A stretch of DNA of 61,826 bases, the filler included, from Rhabdomonas costata (Eukaryota), in the NCBI GenBank assembly GCA_019059605.1. It is 28 parts of 28 records of this genome, joined end to end, with 100 filler letters (N's around TTAATTAATTAA, not from the genome) between each part and the next. Parts side by side here need not be neighbours in the genome. Positions count along the whole stretch, not along the records: positions 48,665 to 50,774 come from JAHMHO010005563.1; positions 50,875 to 52,984 come from JAHMHO010005564.1; positions 53,085 to 55,195 come from JAHMHO010005565.1; positions 55,296 to 57,405 come from JAHMHO010005566.1; positions 57,506 to 59,615 come from JAHMHO010005567.1; positions 59,716 to 61,826 come from JAHMHO010005568.1; 22 more parts are not named here. One strand, 5' to 3'. Position 1 is the first letter of the stretch, and each line of letters opens with the position of its first letter. The notes beneath the pieces are model-generated. The model had not been told where the DNA came from. It made no database searches and saw only the letters and a list, made by a program, of their open reading frames with translations. Made by a program: the position numbers and the translations under genes. Below, one piece after another: positions 48,682 through 60,525 of this stretch.

Positions 48682-50540
48682 TTACACAGTGGCACTGTTG
48701 TCCGAAGAGTATCCGCAGGACGTGTTGGAGAAGACGCCCTCCGAAGAGCCAGTGAAGCGGCGGGCACTATCCCCGAGGGTTCGTGGAGGAGTTCTGGCGC
48801 TCGGGGTAGTGGCGAAGGCCTTGGCGCTGCTGTCATGGCCCCGACAGATCATGCAGCGGCAGGTCGGGGGATGGGTCAGCAGAGCCTCGTAGGACTTCCT
48901 GGGGCTCACGCTGGGCTGCCGAAGCCCGAGATTGCTTCGCCGTGGAGTGCGGCGGGGGATCGCGGGAAGAGGTAGGGACTGTGGGCCCCCCTCAACTCTG
49001 ACGGTGGGGACTTCGACGGAGAGGCCCAGAGGAGGGCGCCGAGAGAACGACAGCTTTTTCACCGGAGTGCCCTCCAGGCTGCGGGCCAGGCTGCCGGAGC
49101 GCAGTGTGGAAATGCGAGACACTGCGCGTGGCCGGCCCGGGGAGAGAATGATGGTGCGATGCACTGTCGGGACCTCAGAGAGTGAGCTTTCGTCAAAGGA
49201 AGACATCACTGGTAGGGACTTGGCACGGTCCATGTCCAGGGGACTGACGGCGACGCTCTGAAGCAGCGGAAACGGCGAGAAGGGCAGCACCCGGCGGTGG
49301 AGGTGCAAGTGTACGAAGGGGGCTGCACAATGACGGCGCAGTTATGGTGAGAGAAACTGATCACTAGCATTTTTCAGCTAATTTAAATCCCATCCCTTGA
49401 GGCACCTCACCTAACCGAACTCAGGTGAAACAGCGCCACGGAGATTAGACAACAGAAACCCATAACAAGAAAGCACTCGACAACAACACGAAAATACAAA
49501 ACAGGAGAAAAAATGACAGGAAACAGGTGAGGGACGAGGAGAAACATTCTTATTTTGGATCTTGCCAATAAAGTAATCTTCTTTGGGCAGAGCAAAGACC
49601 TGTGGGCTGGTGGGGTCTGGCTCCACGTTAGGGATCGATGGGCGGAACAGTGCCAGCCACAGCCGAGCCCTCAGCAGCCAGCGTGCAGTGGAGCTGCGGC
49701 CAAAGCACCTCAGCGACCTGGGAGACAGAGCAGGACCACAAACGCCTTCAGAAATGCACTCTGTCTCCAGCCACTGAGAGCTCACAGGCATCAGGTAGTA
49801 GTAGACCTCAACCACAACCTCAATGCTTTCTACCCTTTTGCTCTTTCAATTCAATAGTCTTCAGTTTTCGCACAATACCCGTCTCTGAAGATTAAGAATC
49901 ACCAGCCGAAGCCAAGGTTCAGAAAACCTGTACCCATGCAAATGCCTTGCTCATTCACCACGGGCAAAAAGAAAAGGTGACAAGGGTTGGAGGGTGGTAG
50001 GAAGAAAGTCTTATCCTGAGTACCTGGGGCTGCCAACGCTCCCTTCACCGGCACCGTAGAGCCGGAGCATCCGCTGAAAGGCCTCTGCAAGCTCAAAGTA
50101 CTGCCTCTGGCGGGAGGTCAGCTGGTCCTCCGTCTGGAACTCCGTGTTGACCAGGGCAAGCCAGTCCGCCTTGGTGGAGCGGGACACCCGGAAGAACTCC
50201 TCCGCAGGCAGGCTCAGGGGATGGCGCGAGTTGGTGGTAGAGGGCCCCGAGGCGACGCTGGAGAGGTGAGTCAGCGTCAGCTCTCGGTACCGCCACACCA
50301 CAATAGCCAGCTGCCCGAACAAATGCAGCAAACCAGGCATGAAGAAAAGAAGAAAATATAATAACAATATATCAAGCGGAGTCGAGGAGAGGAGAGACAA
50401 GATCTCAGCTCAGCTGCACAGTGCGGGTGCATTCCAGTGCTGGGTACCAGTAGAGGTCCAAGGTTGTGAACACAAACACTTCACCACCGGGCCTTCCAAC
50501 TGACAGTGATCGGATCGAAAAGGGGCCGTAATTCTGTTGC
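48682..50540 (-). CDS. Multi-exon unknown protein with Ser/Arg/Pro-rich final exon
   Basis: GC-rich exons at ~50540-50422, ~50310-50023, ~49780-49600 and a long open frame 49308-48682; boundaries approximate. Confidence 0.45.
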
Positions 50541-51936
50541 GGGACAAGAGACGACCTGCGCGACCTTTGGTCCGTCCTTCTTCCCCTCATCTCCCCCATA
50601 AAACCACAGAAAATACAGTGCCCCCGCTCCCTTTATTGCCAATTTTCGCAGCCCCAATGCACCTATCACAAGTGACTTGACGTTATAACTTGGTGGCTGT
50701 TCATAAGTCAACTGCGTCGGTTACAATATCCGCAATAAATGTTACGACTTTTCACTACATTCCATCTGCCACTGNNNNNNNNNNNNNNNNNNNNNNNNNN
50801 NNNNNNNNNNNNNNNNNNTTAATTAATTAANNNNNNNNNNNNNNNNNNNNNNNNNNNNNNNNNNNNNNNNNNNNGGTGTGTTGTTGTACCAGATGGGCAT
50901 GTCTATTCTCTTCAGCCGTACGAATCGTCGATGGCCTCATCGGAAATGGTAGGGGAGCTTACCGCTCGACTCTGTTGTTTTTTCCCTTAGAAAGAAAACA
51001 GCCTCGCGCCGTAAGGAATATGAACAAAACAAGAAAACTGAAGCGTTGCATGACAGGACCACTCAGCTCTGCCAAAGGTTCTCGCCAACCATGCCCTGTT
51101 CGTCAACAACGTCGTGCCGCACGTCTCATATCTCCCCTCGGGTCGCTTCGTGAGAGACACTGTAGTCGGCGCTGGCGGACCATTCCGCCACCATGAGCTC
51201 TGGCCGGGTGTTGCGGTTTGACCCCTGCATAATCGCCTCCCGGTCCTCCTACACTCCGGTCTTCCTCCCTCCCTATCTTTCCCTTTCTCTCTCTACGGTC
51301 CATTTATGGTACTGGAACAAAGATATGGCTATGAGAGCCATTCCTATATTCTCATGGATGCAAGGCATTTGAACGTCTTCATTGGCCGTCAGCTGTTTGC
51401 TGTCGAAAAACGAAACGCCCAAGTAGCTTTGTCTTCCGCCGATGAAGTTCTTCTCGTCCTTGCGGTCGGCTAAATAGTGTGCCACATGTGAGGAGTGGCC
51501 GGTTGTCGGTTTGAGGTGCGAGGAGCGGTCGTTGTTACCATCCCTATATCCTTCTCCCCCGTGGCGACATTGCCTCGGTCATACTGCACCTGGACTCCAC
51601 CGCACAGCCTCAGTTTAAGATGTTTGCTAACCATAAGGAAACGAAAAAGATTGGGTCATTGATTGAGAGTGATGCGAGGTTTTTGTTTGTCCTTGAATGG
51701 AACAAGAGCGCCCTATCAACTCAATATCTGTCACTGCTAGTATGGTGTACAGGGGCAGCTCACATTGGAAACAGGACTGGTCAATGGAGTACAAGGGGCT
51801 CGCATGCGGCTGTGGATCTCTCATTGCCTGTGCGGCTCCTGTAGTTCCACCATTTTCGCACCGCGAGAGTGAAAACGGGGTGGGACCCCACCCCATGCTT
51901 GCGTCTCTTTTTGCATCGCTGTTTGTGAATCACAGC

Positions 51937-52820
51937 CCATAAAAGTTCGAGTTGGGGACTCCTCGCAGCCGTTCACCATTCAAGACCTGCAGACGATGCT
52001 TGGAGAGGTCATGACTCTCCATTGCCTCTTGCGGGAGGGAGGTCATGGTCGCTGCAGTGGAATGGGACCTTGAACGTTTTCATTGGCTGTCAGCTGTCAG
52101 CTGTTTGTTGTCTGTTTAAGCGAACGCTTTTCCCCCCACTTCTGTATTGAATCCGCACCCCCTATTTATTTTTGGTGTGTGCATGCCACTCCACTCTTTT
52201 CCTGTACGTGTACTATGCTGCGGCTACGTTGGTCTCAAAGGGCGATATGGAAGTTGTTGGAACACTGTTGATTTAGTAGAAATGCTGACGATGAAACTTT
52301 ACACACGGGTGGGTCCATGCTCGGCAGGTATGGTTTCCTTGTGCAGGAGAAAATGGCGCTTGCTGCGGAGCTGCAAAGCCCTTACGCGGTGCAAGTGCTA
52401 ACCCAGCTGTGGAATCAGCCCGTCTATGTGCCTCACCCGTACATGCCCAAGCCCTTCCAGCTGCTGGTCAGCATTGGTAGGCGGGCTGGGGTGTACGTCA
52501 GCTTTGGGCGGGTGATGCCCGTGCCCGACTTTGTTGTGTGGTGGATGAAGCATGAAATCAACAAGGTGAACATCCACACCATCAGATCCGACCCTGCGTC
52601 CCTCGGTTCGCCTGGTTGTTCTAGCTCCCCTGGATGGTTTTCCACCTTTTTCTGCGGTTTCTGGGAGATGGGGGCTGTATGGGCCCCGTCGAGGCGGGCT
52701 CGGATCGGGCCCTGCACACCCTTCATGGGAACGGCAAGGGAGGTGACCGCGTGGTCGGCTGCGTCAGTCCTGGACTTCGGGTTCTACACCCACTTCAGAG
52801 TAGAAGCCGGAGCGGAATAG
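51937..52820 (+). CDS. Unknown protein fragment (exons ~51937-52007 and ~52348 onward)
   Basis: PIKVRVGDSSQPFTIQDLQTMLGE/EKMALAAELQSPY...; GC3-rich codons; 3' end uncertain. Confidence 0.45.
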
Positions 52821-53088
52821 ACAAACACGTCCTTCTCGACCGTCAGCGGCATAAAATGCCGAGCAGAGGCTTTCCAGTCCATCTCCAGGCCGTCGGGATA
52901 AAGGGCAGCCAGCCAAACTCGGCGTCCAGCCCCTTGCCGACGTTGACGTTCCACAAGTAAGTAGTAGTAGAGCAGGAGGAGAGGNNNNNNNNNNNNNNNN
53001 NNNNNNNNNNNNNNNNNNNNNNNNNNNNTTAATTAATTAANNNNNNNNNNNNNNNNNNNNNNNNNNNNNNNNNNNNNNNNNNNNGTTG

Positions 53089-53262
53089 TCGTCAACTTTA
53101 TCTTCTGAATGGGATCCTCAGGTCATCTTCTTCTGCTGTACATACACACACACGCACACACTTCTCCCGCTCCAGCTGGAGCTGGAGAAGTGTGTGCGTG
53201 TGTGTGTATGTACAGCAGAAGAAGATGACCTGAGGATCCCATTCAGAAGATAAAGTTGACGA
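53089..53262. repeat. 174-nt loop-less palindrome at contig start
   Basis: Arms are exact reverse complements around centre 53175/53176 except one mismatch (53168/53183). Confidence 0.95.
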
Positions 53263-53764
53263 GAGGCCACCGAACAGCAGACGCAGACTGGGCGAGCGCA
53301 GTTCTAGGGATGGAGCCCCCTAGAACCGCGGTGTAATGCTCCATTAAGGTCCCGAGAACCTCCGCCCAGCAGGTGATTCGCAACCCCAAGAAACGGCCAG
53401 GCAACGGAAGACGATTTCAATTCCCGCTGGAGGAAGCAAAGACCTCCTCCAAAAAGATACCTTGTGCGCATATCGTGTGTGTGGAGCACAGGGGGGAAGA
53501 GCACCTGATTTTTCCTTGGGAGTGTGGATTGCAGGATAACGAAAACAGCCGCACCCGAGTGTTGTTCCTGCTTTTTTCTTCGAAGTAGAATGGCGGAAGC
53601 CCTGCCGCAAGGTGGTGGTATTTTGCCATGGTGGTTGTGAGTGTGGCAGAAAAAGAATGGCGAGATATTGCTTTGAAAGTATTCCCTGACCGCTGTACAA
53701 CGCCCCCAAGTTCCTGTCCCCGTCGTGTGCCACTGTGTTGATGGGGAGGTAATGGTTTTGCAAG

Positions 53765-55160
53765 GGCACGGCTGAAGGAGATGGAGCTAGAGCTGGCGCA
53801 ACGGCAGCAAGAGCTGCTTCTGGACGGGCAGGCCCATGCCCAGGAGAGGGCCGAGTGGGAGGCCCGTGGCTGGGACACCGAGCTCTTGCGGGAGAGGCAG
53901 AGGTGTGCACGGATTAGGAGGGGGGGTTCAAATTTAATTTCGATTCCAGCCTTTGAGTTTGCAGTCTCCTTTGATCAATCCAAATTAAAATAAACAGATG
54001 CCTGCTTCTGTCTCCTCCCTCATTCATATAGCACTTCATTCTCCTTAGCATTCAATCATCACGTTTTCTGAATGTTCCCTCCTATCTCAACTCCCCCATC
54101 CTCCACCCTCAGGAGCGAAGACCTGACCCGACTGCAGGAGCGGCTGCTGAAGCGACAGGAGATGATGGACCGGATGCTGGGCGGTGGGCCCTCCTCGTCG
54201 CCACCCCCGGAGGACATTGACGACACCTGCCCTGCGATTCCTCTGCAGCGGGCGGCGTCCTCTCGGGGACTTAAATCTCCTCAAAGTCCTGAGTACGATG
54301 CGGAGGAGCAGTGGTCGGATGAAGACTGGGGTGCGGAGGTCCGCCTGTTGTGTGGGAAGGTTCCTTCGACACTTCCTCCGTTGCCTGTTTCTTGTGTACA
54401 CTAAGAATCCTCTTGCTCTTGACGGTCTTGACGGTCTTGATGTTGCTCGCGGCGTATCTGTGTTATTTGCCCTGGCTTTTCATTTAATCGGCAATCGAGG
54501 TAGATTCAAAAGAGCGGTCCTCCGCTAGCAAAACAGAAGAAAGGTCCTTCGCACCGAAGCGCTATGTGCAAGCGTCACGTGCAGCAGGTGTATGTCCCCT
54601 TTTGGTCGTTTACTGTGCTAATCAATGCTGCCATATGTTCTCCTCCTGCTGCCAGTCCCAACAGAATACCAATGTCAACTCACCGCCCCGATTCACACCC
54701 ATAGGCATCAGACACTGGGGTGTGGTAAAAGCGGTGAGGGGTGTGTTGTTTGCACTTGCATAGATCCCATGCTGGGCTTTGCGTGGTTTGCAGGCTGTCA
54801 GGAGATTGAGACCCGAACTGATCTTTGCAGTTCGCAGAAAAGTGACATGGGATACATCTACAGTGCGGCAGGAACAGGAAAATAAACGCAAAGTCCGGGA
54901 AAAATTGAAACTCCCGGCTAAGGTATACACACACAGCTGCGAACGGAGCTGCATTTCTTCGCAGTGGTATACGAATAGTGAGCAGTGGGCGATGATCTTT
55001 GCTTCGGGGTTAGGCTGACTTCTACCGCCGGAAAAGTGCGCAAGACCTGCTGCTGATGGGAACCCTGGCAGGTCGCCCCAGCAATGATTTGGGCCGCCGC
55101 GAGGTCGACGCCCGGGCTCGGCTGGAGAAGCAGTGCCACCAGGCCTGGAGGCAGCTTCTG
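53765..55160 (+). CDS. Coiled-coil protein fragment (exons ~53765-53902, ~54113-54338, ~55014-55160)
   Basis: ARLKEMELELAQRQQELL.../SEDLTRLQERLLKRQEMM.../ADFYRRKSAQDLLL; in-phase GT-AG introns. Confidence 0.6.
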
Positions 55161-55473
55161 GTACTCCATCTCTTCCCTTCGAACCACCCCCCACCNNNNN
55201 NNNNNNNNNNNNNNNNNNNNNNNNNNNNNNNNNNNNNNNTTAATTAATTAANNNNNNNNNNNNNNNNNNNNNNNNNNNNNNNNNNNNNNNNNNNNTTAGT
55301 GGGTGAAAACGTCCAAAAGACGGCGCAAAGGGATCACAAGACATAGCAGGGCGCGTCGAAAAAAACAGAGAGACAAATCCTTTGGCAGGATTGAATGTTG
55401 CCGACAAACGGCAGCCAGTGGTGCGAGAGGAAGGTAAAAGCCAACGCAGAAAAAAGACCCCATGGCCGCCGAC

Positions 55474-55581
55474 GGTCTTCTGCAGCTCCGGTGCTATGGG
55501 GCCCCCAGAAAGGGCAGCCAAAGCAGCCGGGACAAACCCCAACAGGGCAACCAGCAGAGCGGCGCGGCGCCACGAGGGCAT
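55474..55581 (-). CDS. First exon of a secreted protein (signal peptide)
   Basis: MPSWRRAALLVALLGFVPAALAALSGGPIAPELQKT after a pyrimidine-rich upstream region. Confidence 0.45.
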
Positions 55582-56309
55582 CTCTAGGGACTTCCGAGGG
55601 AGGTGCCGCGGCGGGTGGGACGGATGCGGTTGGGGGCAGTAAGGACAGATAAGAAAAGACAAGAGAATGCGCGAAGGAAGGAGCTGGGTTGGCAAAATGG
55701 GAGAGAGAGGGAGAGGGGAGCTTTTCACTGACAAAAAGCGGTTCATGAAGCGATCATGAATGATGGCAAATTAACGGGTCACCAGGGGCGAATTTCAGCA
55801 GACAAGCAGACAAGCTTACTACAACTGGGGACCCCAGCAAGTTGCCATCTCCGTTTACTGAAGCGCCAGACCATGAGAGAAGCATGTGGGTGTGGGGGAG
55901 TTCCTTCGCTCTTCCTTTTCATTCTAAGCCTAATTACACCCCGAAATCGAGAATTTAGTCCGTAACGTTTCGAACTGAAGTCTTTTTGGCGTGTTTTTGT
56001 GCCGCTGGGCTTGGGTAGCCTATGCTGTCTCTTGGTGAATACGCAAGGTTGCAAACTCTCGATTTACGGTGTTGCCTGCTATATTTCATGTGCCCTTTGA
56101 CGGAAGTTTCGAGAGAATCTGCCTGCCATGCAATCATATGCACAGAAATCAACCCTCTCAGAACAAAACGATTGCGGAAAAAAGGGAGCTCCACTTCGCT
56201 CAGTCAGGGACAGTAGCGCGCCGCCTTTCGCTGGTGGCGCAATGAAGATACACAAAGACAGCAAAAGCGGAGTCCAGCGCACCCCCTACCACCCGATTCC
56301 CATATGTTC

Positions 56310-57314
56310 TCACCGAGTGGAGAAGGTCTTCTTCGGAAAGGTCTTCCTGGGGATCCCCAGGGACTTGTTGGTGTGAGTTTTGTTGGTGGGGTGGTTCGGG
56401 GAGCGCCCCATGGGGGCGGGGTTGAAGGTCTTGTCCTTGTTCTGCACCGCATACCCACTCTTCAGCTTGGCCTCAGTCCACACCACAGGCCGGGACAGCA
56501 CAGGGTCGTATCGCACCTCATTCCAATGAGGCTCCGTCTGATCGGTGTAAACTCGATACTTCCTGCGCAAACCCAAATAAAACGCACACACACACACATC
56601 GTGATAGCCGAAGCAGTTGCAAAGCAGCCGCCAGTGACCCACTGACGTCCACGATCGACACAACTGTGTCGGCAAAACACTCCGAAATAACAGGCGAATT
56701 TGCAAAGAAGTCACAATTCTCCAGAGGGGGCAACATCCTCCTCCTTAACATAAACCGCTCCCCCGCCATTTAAGCAACGGTTGCCCAAATTTTAGATGAC
56801 GATTGAGAGAAGAGAGAGCATTTTGCAAGCCATACCTCACACGAGGTAAAATCTCACTCCGGGCACCGAACACGAGGGCAAAAAGCAGAGCCAAACCATC
56901 GCAAAGAGGAAGTCGAACCAGAGGTGGCGTCATGGGAAACGGGAAATACAGAAGGCAATGCCTGCATCAGCGTATCCACCACAACAATTCAAGGCCCAAC
57001 GCACCGCCAGGTAACCATCTGCACCGCGTGATACCAACAAAGCAACACGCCGTCCTTGCCCACCACTGTTCTTTGCTTATCCACTGGTTACGTAGAAAGC
57101 AGAGAAGTGAGCACGGCATGGGGAAACCGCCCACACAGACGCAGGAGTACTTGAAGACCCGGAAGGACCCCGACTTCCCCGCGCTGATCAGCTGGATCAG
57201 AATCTTCTTGGACTTCCCCTTGGGCTTCCGATTCTTCAGCAGCGGGGCACTCGCCTGGAACAGCCGCGGGGCGGTACTCCCGAAGAGCAGCAATGAGCAG
57301 GCCTGCCTCAGCAT
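56310..57314 (-). CDS. MRPL33: Mitochondrial ribosomal protein bL33m (exons 57314-57151, 56562-56310)
   Basis: Targeting-peptide-like N-terminus; KGKSKKILIQLISAGKSGSFRVFK/KYR...RYDPVLSRPVVWTEAKLK matches L33 (I.L.S.A.TG.FY...KYDP.....V.F.E.K). Confidence 0.75.
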
Positions 57315-57509
57315 TGTTGCGGAGGAGGCCCCCCTTCTCCCTCCGCTAAAGACCGTCTACCGAATGGACAACCGAAGGTATTTGATGTGAAAAAGCCAAA
57401 ACAAANNNNNNNNNNNNNNNNNNNNNNNNNNNNNNNNNNNNNNNNNNNNTTAATTAATTAANNNNNNNNNNNNNNNNNNNNNNNNNNNNNNNNNNNNNNN
57501 NNNNNTGTT

Positions 57510-57592
57510 TTTTTGTTCAGTTTTTTCTCTTTGTCACAGTGAAGGATGTGGTTCAAAATCCACTGTGGCAAAGAGAAAAAACTGAACAAAAA
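57510..57592. repeat. 32-bp inverted repeat at contig start (57510-57541 / 57561-57592), one mismatch
   Basis: tttttgttcagttttttctctttgtcacagtg versus cactgtggcaaagagaaaaaactgaacaaaaa. Confidence 0.9.
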
Positions 57593-58239
57593 GAACGTTC
57601 AAAAAACACACGAAACGTCACTTTGCAAGCTATCAAGAGACAAAACCACACCAACGGCTGAAACCTGAAGTAGTGCCTCAAGTACAGAGTTGGGATTAAG
57701 CTTGCCTTTTTGATACTCATCCAACCAGCGGAGCACTTGATCTGTGAATTGTCGGTGCTGTACAACGTGAGAGTCGAGTTGGGAGTAGCCCACAGTCTGC
57801 ATCAGCTGAAAGCAAAGAAACAAAAAACAGCTGTTCCAACGCTGACATTCTCATAAGTTCATTGTCAGGAGAATAGGGAATTTGAGGGAACAGGGCAAAG
57901 CGAATTCTTGTTGTTGATTAGGAAGGGAAGTACAAGCAGGCACGCACCATTTCTTCGCAGGTAAAGTGGTCTCCGCAATATCCCACCAAATCTTTCATGA
58001 TCTTTGTGAGGGTGGTGCCAGGAGACCCACCAGCAATGGCAAGGCGGAGCTCCTCCGCCATTTCCAAAAGTCGCTGGTGCTGAACAGCACAAGAAGTACA
58101 TAGCCAACTGCAGATTAGGCAAATAACGAGTGAAAGAAGTAAAACGCAGTGCGCTTAACCTGTGCGTCAATCAGCGGAATGCCAGTTGAATATTCCTCGG
58201 ACCAAAGCACAGGATCAGCAACCGTGGTTCCCCAGCATC
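57530..58239 (-). CDS. Hemerythrin (bacteriohemerythrin-type) domain, exons 58239-58160, 58079-57948, 57805-57665, 57562-~57530
   Basis: WSEEYSTGIPLIDAQ/HQRLL...DHFTCEEM/LMQTVGYSQLDSHVVQHRQF.../WILNHILHCDK: complete H, HxxxE, HxxxH, HxxxxD ligand set; three phase-0 GT-AG introns. Confidence 0.92.
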
Positions 58240-59716
58240 CTTTACAGCGCGCTGAAATCATTAAAATGGAACTGGAAAAGAAGGCAAAAAAATGTTCAAG
58301 ACAAAAATGAACAAGTATTAAAGCAAAAAGAAACCTGGAGAAGTAAGGAGAACAAGAGCAACTCCCGCCACATAAACCCCACATTGAAGCAAAACCGCTA
58401 CGACGAAAATGGCCACCCAACAGAGAAGTCGACGTCAGCATTGGGTGCTTTCCTTACCTTTCAGAAACTTTCCTTGCCTTCTCAGAACATAACAGGTAGC
58501 AAACCACAGATATGTATATTGCTTGGCCTGTGTCAAGAGGTACGAAAAGCGGCAAACACACCTCCGGGTCAAAACTAGTCTTTTCACCACCTTTTCTTGG
58601 CTTCTAAGTCCAAATCGCCGGGTTTAGAGTGCACTGTTCCGGTTGTACCTTTTTGACACGGACAATATTCTCTCAAGGAAAGCTGAAGCCCCTCGGGTCC
58701 TCATTTTTGACTGTTCATTTGAGGTGCTGCGATGCTGGAAGTTCATTTGAGGCAATAAGGCTGCGAGGCCGTCCTTGCACCCCCTGGGGCTGGCACTTTT
58801 TTCGGCGTAGGTTTGTTTCCCCCTTCCTGGTGATTATGCGGTCAAAAAGAGGGTATTCACGATAATGAGCAGAAAAAGTCGATAGTGCTCACCACCGCCT
58901 TTTTCTGGGTATTATGAATTTTCAACCCAACAAAATCTGAATCTCGAAATTTACAACTTGCAGCGCGTTCACAAAATTAATTAGGATGTGAAAAAAACTA
59001 ATTAGGCTATCACTGGAGGGGACTGGATTATTTGTGGTGCGGAGGTCAGCCACCGCGGCAGCAGCAGCGGTCATAGCCCGTGGGGGGGGGGAAGCGTGGG
59101 CGGGGACGGTGCCTGGTGGTATGAGACTTTGCATCTCATTATTTCAAAGGCGATAGTGCTTAGGTGCGTGAAGAATTGAAGGGCCGAACGTAACGATCGT
59201 GTTTCGAAAACGATCGTAAACACTATCTGAGCTTTGTTTTTGAACCCGAAGTGATGAAGAAATTGTGGGGGCTCAACATATGAATTCATCCCTACAGGGC
59301 GGTTCCAACAACTCAACAATCTGGTGTTGTATGTTATGTAATCGCTTTTTTTTAACCAACTAACCAACCCGAGAGAAAGAAGGAGAGAAAGAGAGAACAG
59401 ATTGTGCAACCTGCCAAAAGGAAAACAAAAAAGGCGCATAACGTTTCTTTTTGTTGTGTCCTTCCTTGCAGGGACCTTCTGCTGCTCCAGCTTCATTGGA
59501 ACACCAAATTGCATCCAAACCAGCACACTTTGTCAACCATCCATCTCATGAACCAGCGTTACCACTGCGAACCTTACCAGGCACGCCTGTTGCGAGGGAC
59601 GCAGTACACAAAACCNNNNNNNNNNNNNNNNNNNNNNNNNNNNNNNNNNNNNNNNNNNNTTAATTAATTAANNNNNNNNNNNNNNNNNNNNNNNNNNNNN
59701 NNNNNNNNNNNNNNNC

Positions 59717-59990
59717 AGCGACCCAGCGCCTGCCCTTCAATACCCCTCCAAGAGCCCGTTCGGATTTCTTCGCCAGACCCTGACCGCAGGAAGAACGGTC
59801 TTCCTGCACTGCTTTGGGGGGTTCTGTGGCTCCGCGGGCGTGGTCACCGCGCCGCTGGTGAAGCCGTACCGCTTGGGGTTCCGGAAAGCCGTGGAGAAGG
59901 TGATGCAGTGCCATCGGTGTCTCCGGTCCAGCGAGAGCTCTGTGTGGGGGTGGGCGCTCCAGACGGCCTCTAAGAATCTGTTCTTGCGAG
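59717..59990 (+). pseudogene. Dual-specificity phosphatase-like sequence with degenerate active site
   Basis: FLRQTLTAGRTVFLHCFGGFCGSAGVVTAPLVK...AVEKV...HRCLRSS versus DSP VLVHCxxGxSRSA..V.AYLM...RP...PN; the catalytic Arg is Gly. Confidence 0.55.
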
Positions 59991-60441
59991 TCAATAGAAG
60001 GGTGGGCGTGTTTCGACGTGTGTTTGGAAAATTCAGCTCGCTGGCTTCGAACGCGTGCTCTCAGATCCGGGTCCGTAGAGTCACGTCCGCGTGATGAATG
60101 GGCACGGTGCTTGCTGCACTTGCAAAAAGCTGACACTGCTGCTGCCTGGTGTACCTTGTTCACACACAGCGTGGGTGTCAAGTTTTGCCCCGCCCTGCAC
60201 ACTGAATTTTCTCCTTGATTTTTTCCATTCTTTTTGGTGACGCGTGCTGGCCTCTTGCGCCGGTGCTTTTATGTGGTTTGCTAACGATGCTCTGAGACAG
60301 CCTTTCCATGGGTTGTGTGCTCGGTGAGGTGTGTGAGGTCCAGCGGGTGAGGTGTTTGTTGAGCGAGGTATTGTGCGCCGACGCACTGTGGCCTTTGGCT
60401 TCCTCTCGCTTCGTTTTGGGTTCTTTTGTTTGTTTTTTCGA

Positions 60442-60525
60442 TGGACCTCCCGCCCCCTGTTTATCGTGTCTTCTCTGCCTTCCTCTGCTTTGCTCAGTGG
60501 ACCTCCCGCCCCCTATATATTGTGT
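60442..60525. repeat. Two imperfect tandem copies of TGGACCTCCCGCCCCCT...TGT
   Basis: tggacctcccgccccctgtttatcgtgt and tggacctcccgccccctatatattgtgt. Confidence 0.75.

Noticed and set aside
2111..59715. Regularly spaced TTAATTAATTAA repeat as a CRISPR-like or biological array
   Set aside because: Always embedded in 44+44 Ns at contig joins; it is a synthetic six-frame stop linker.
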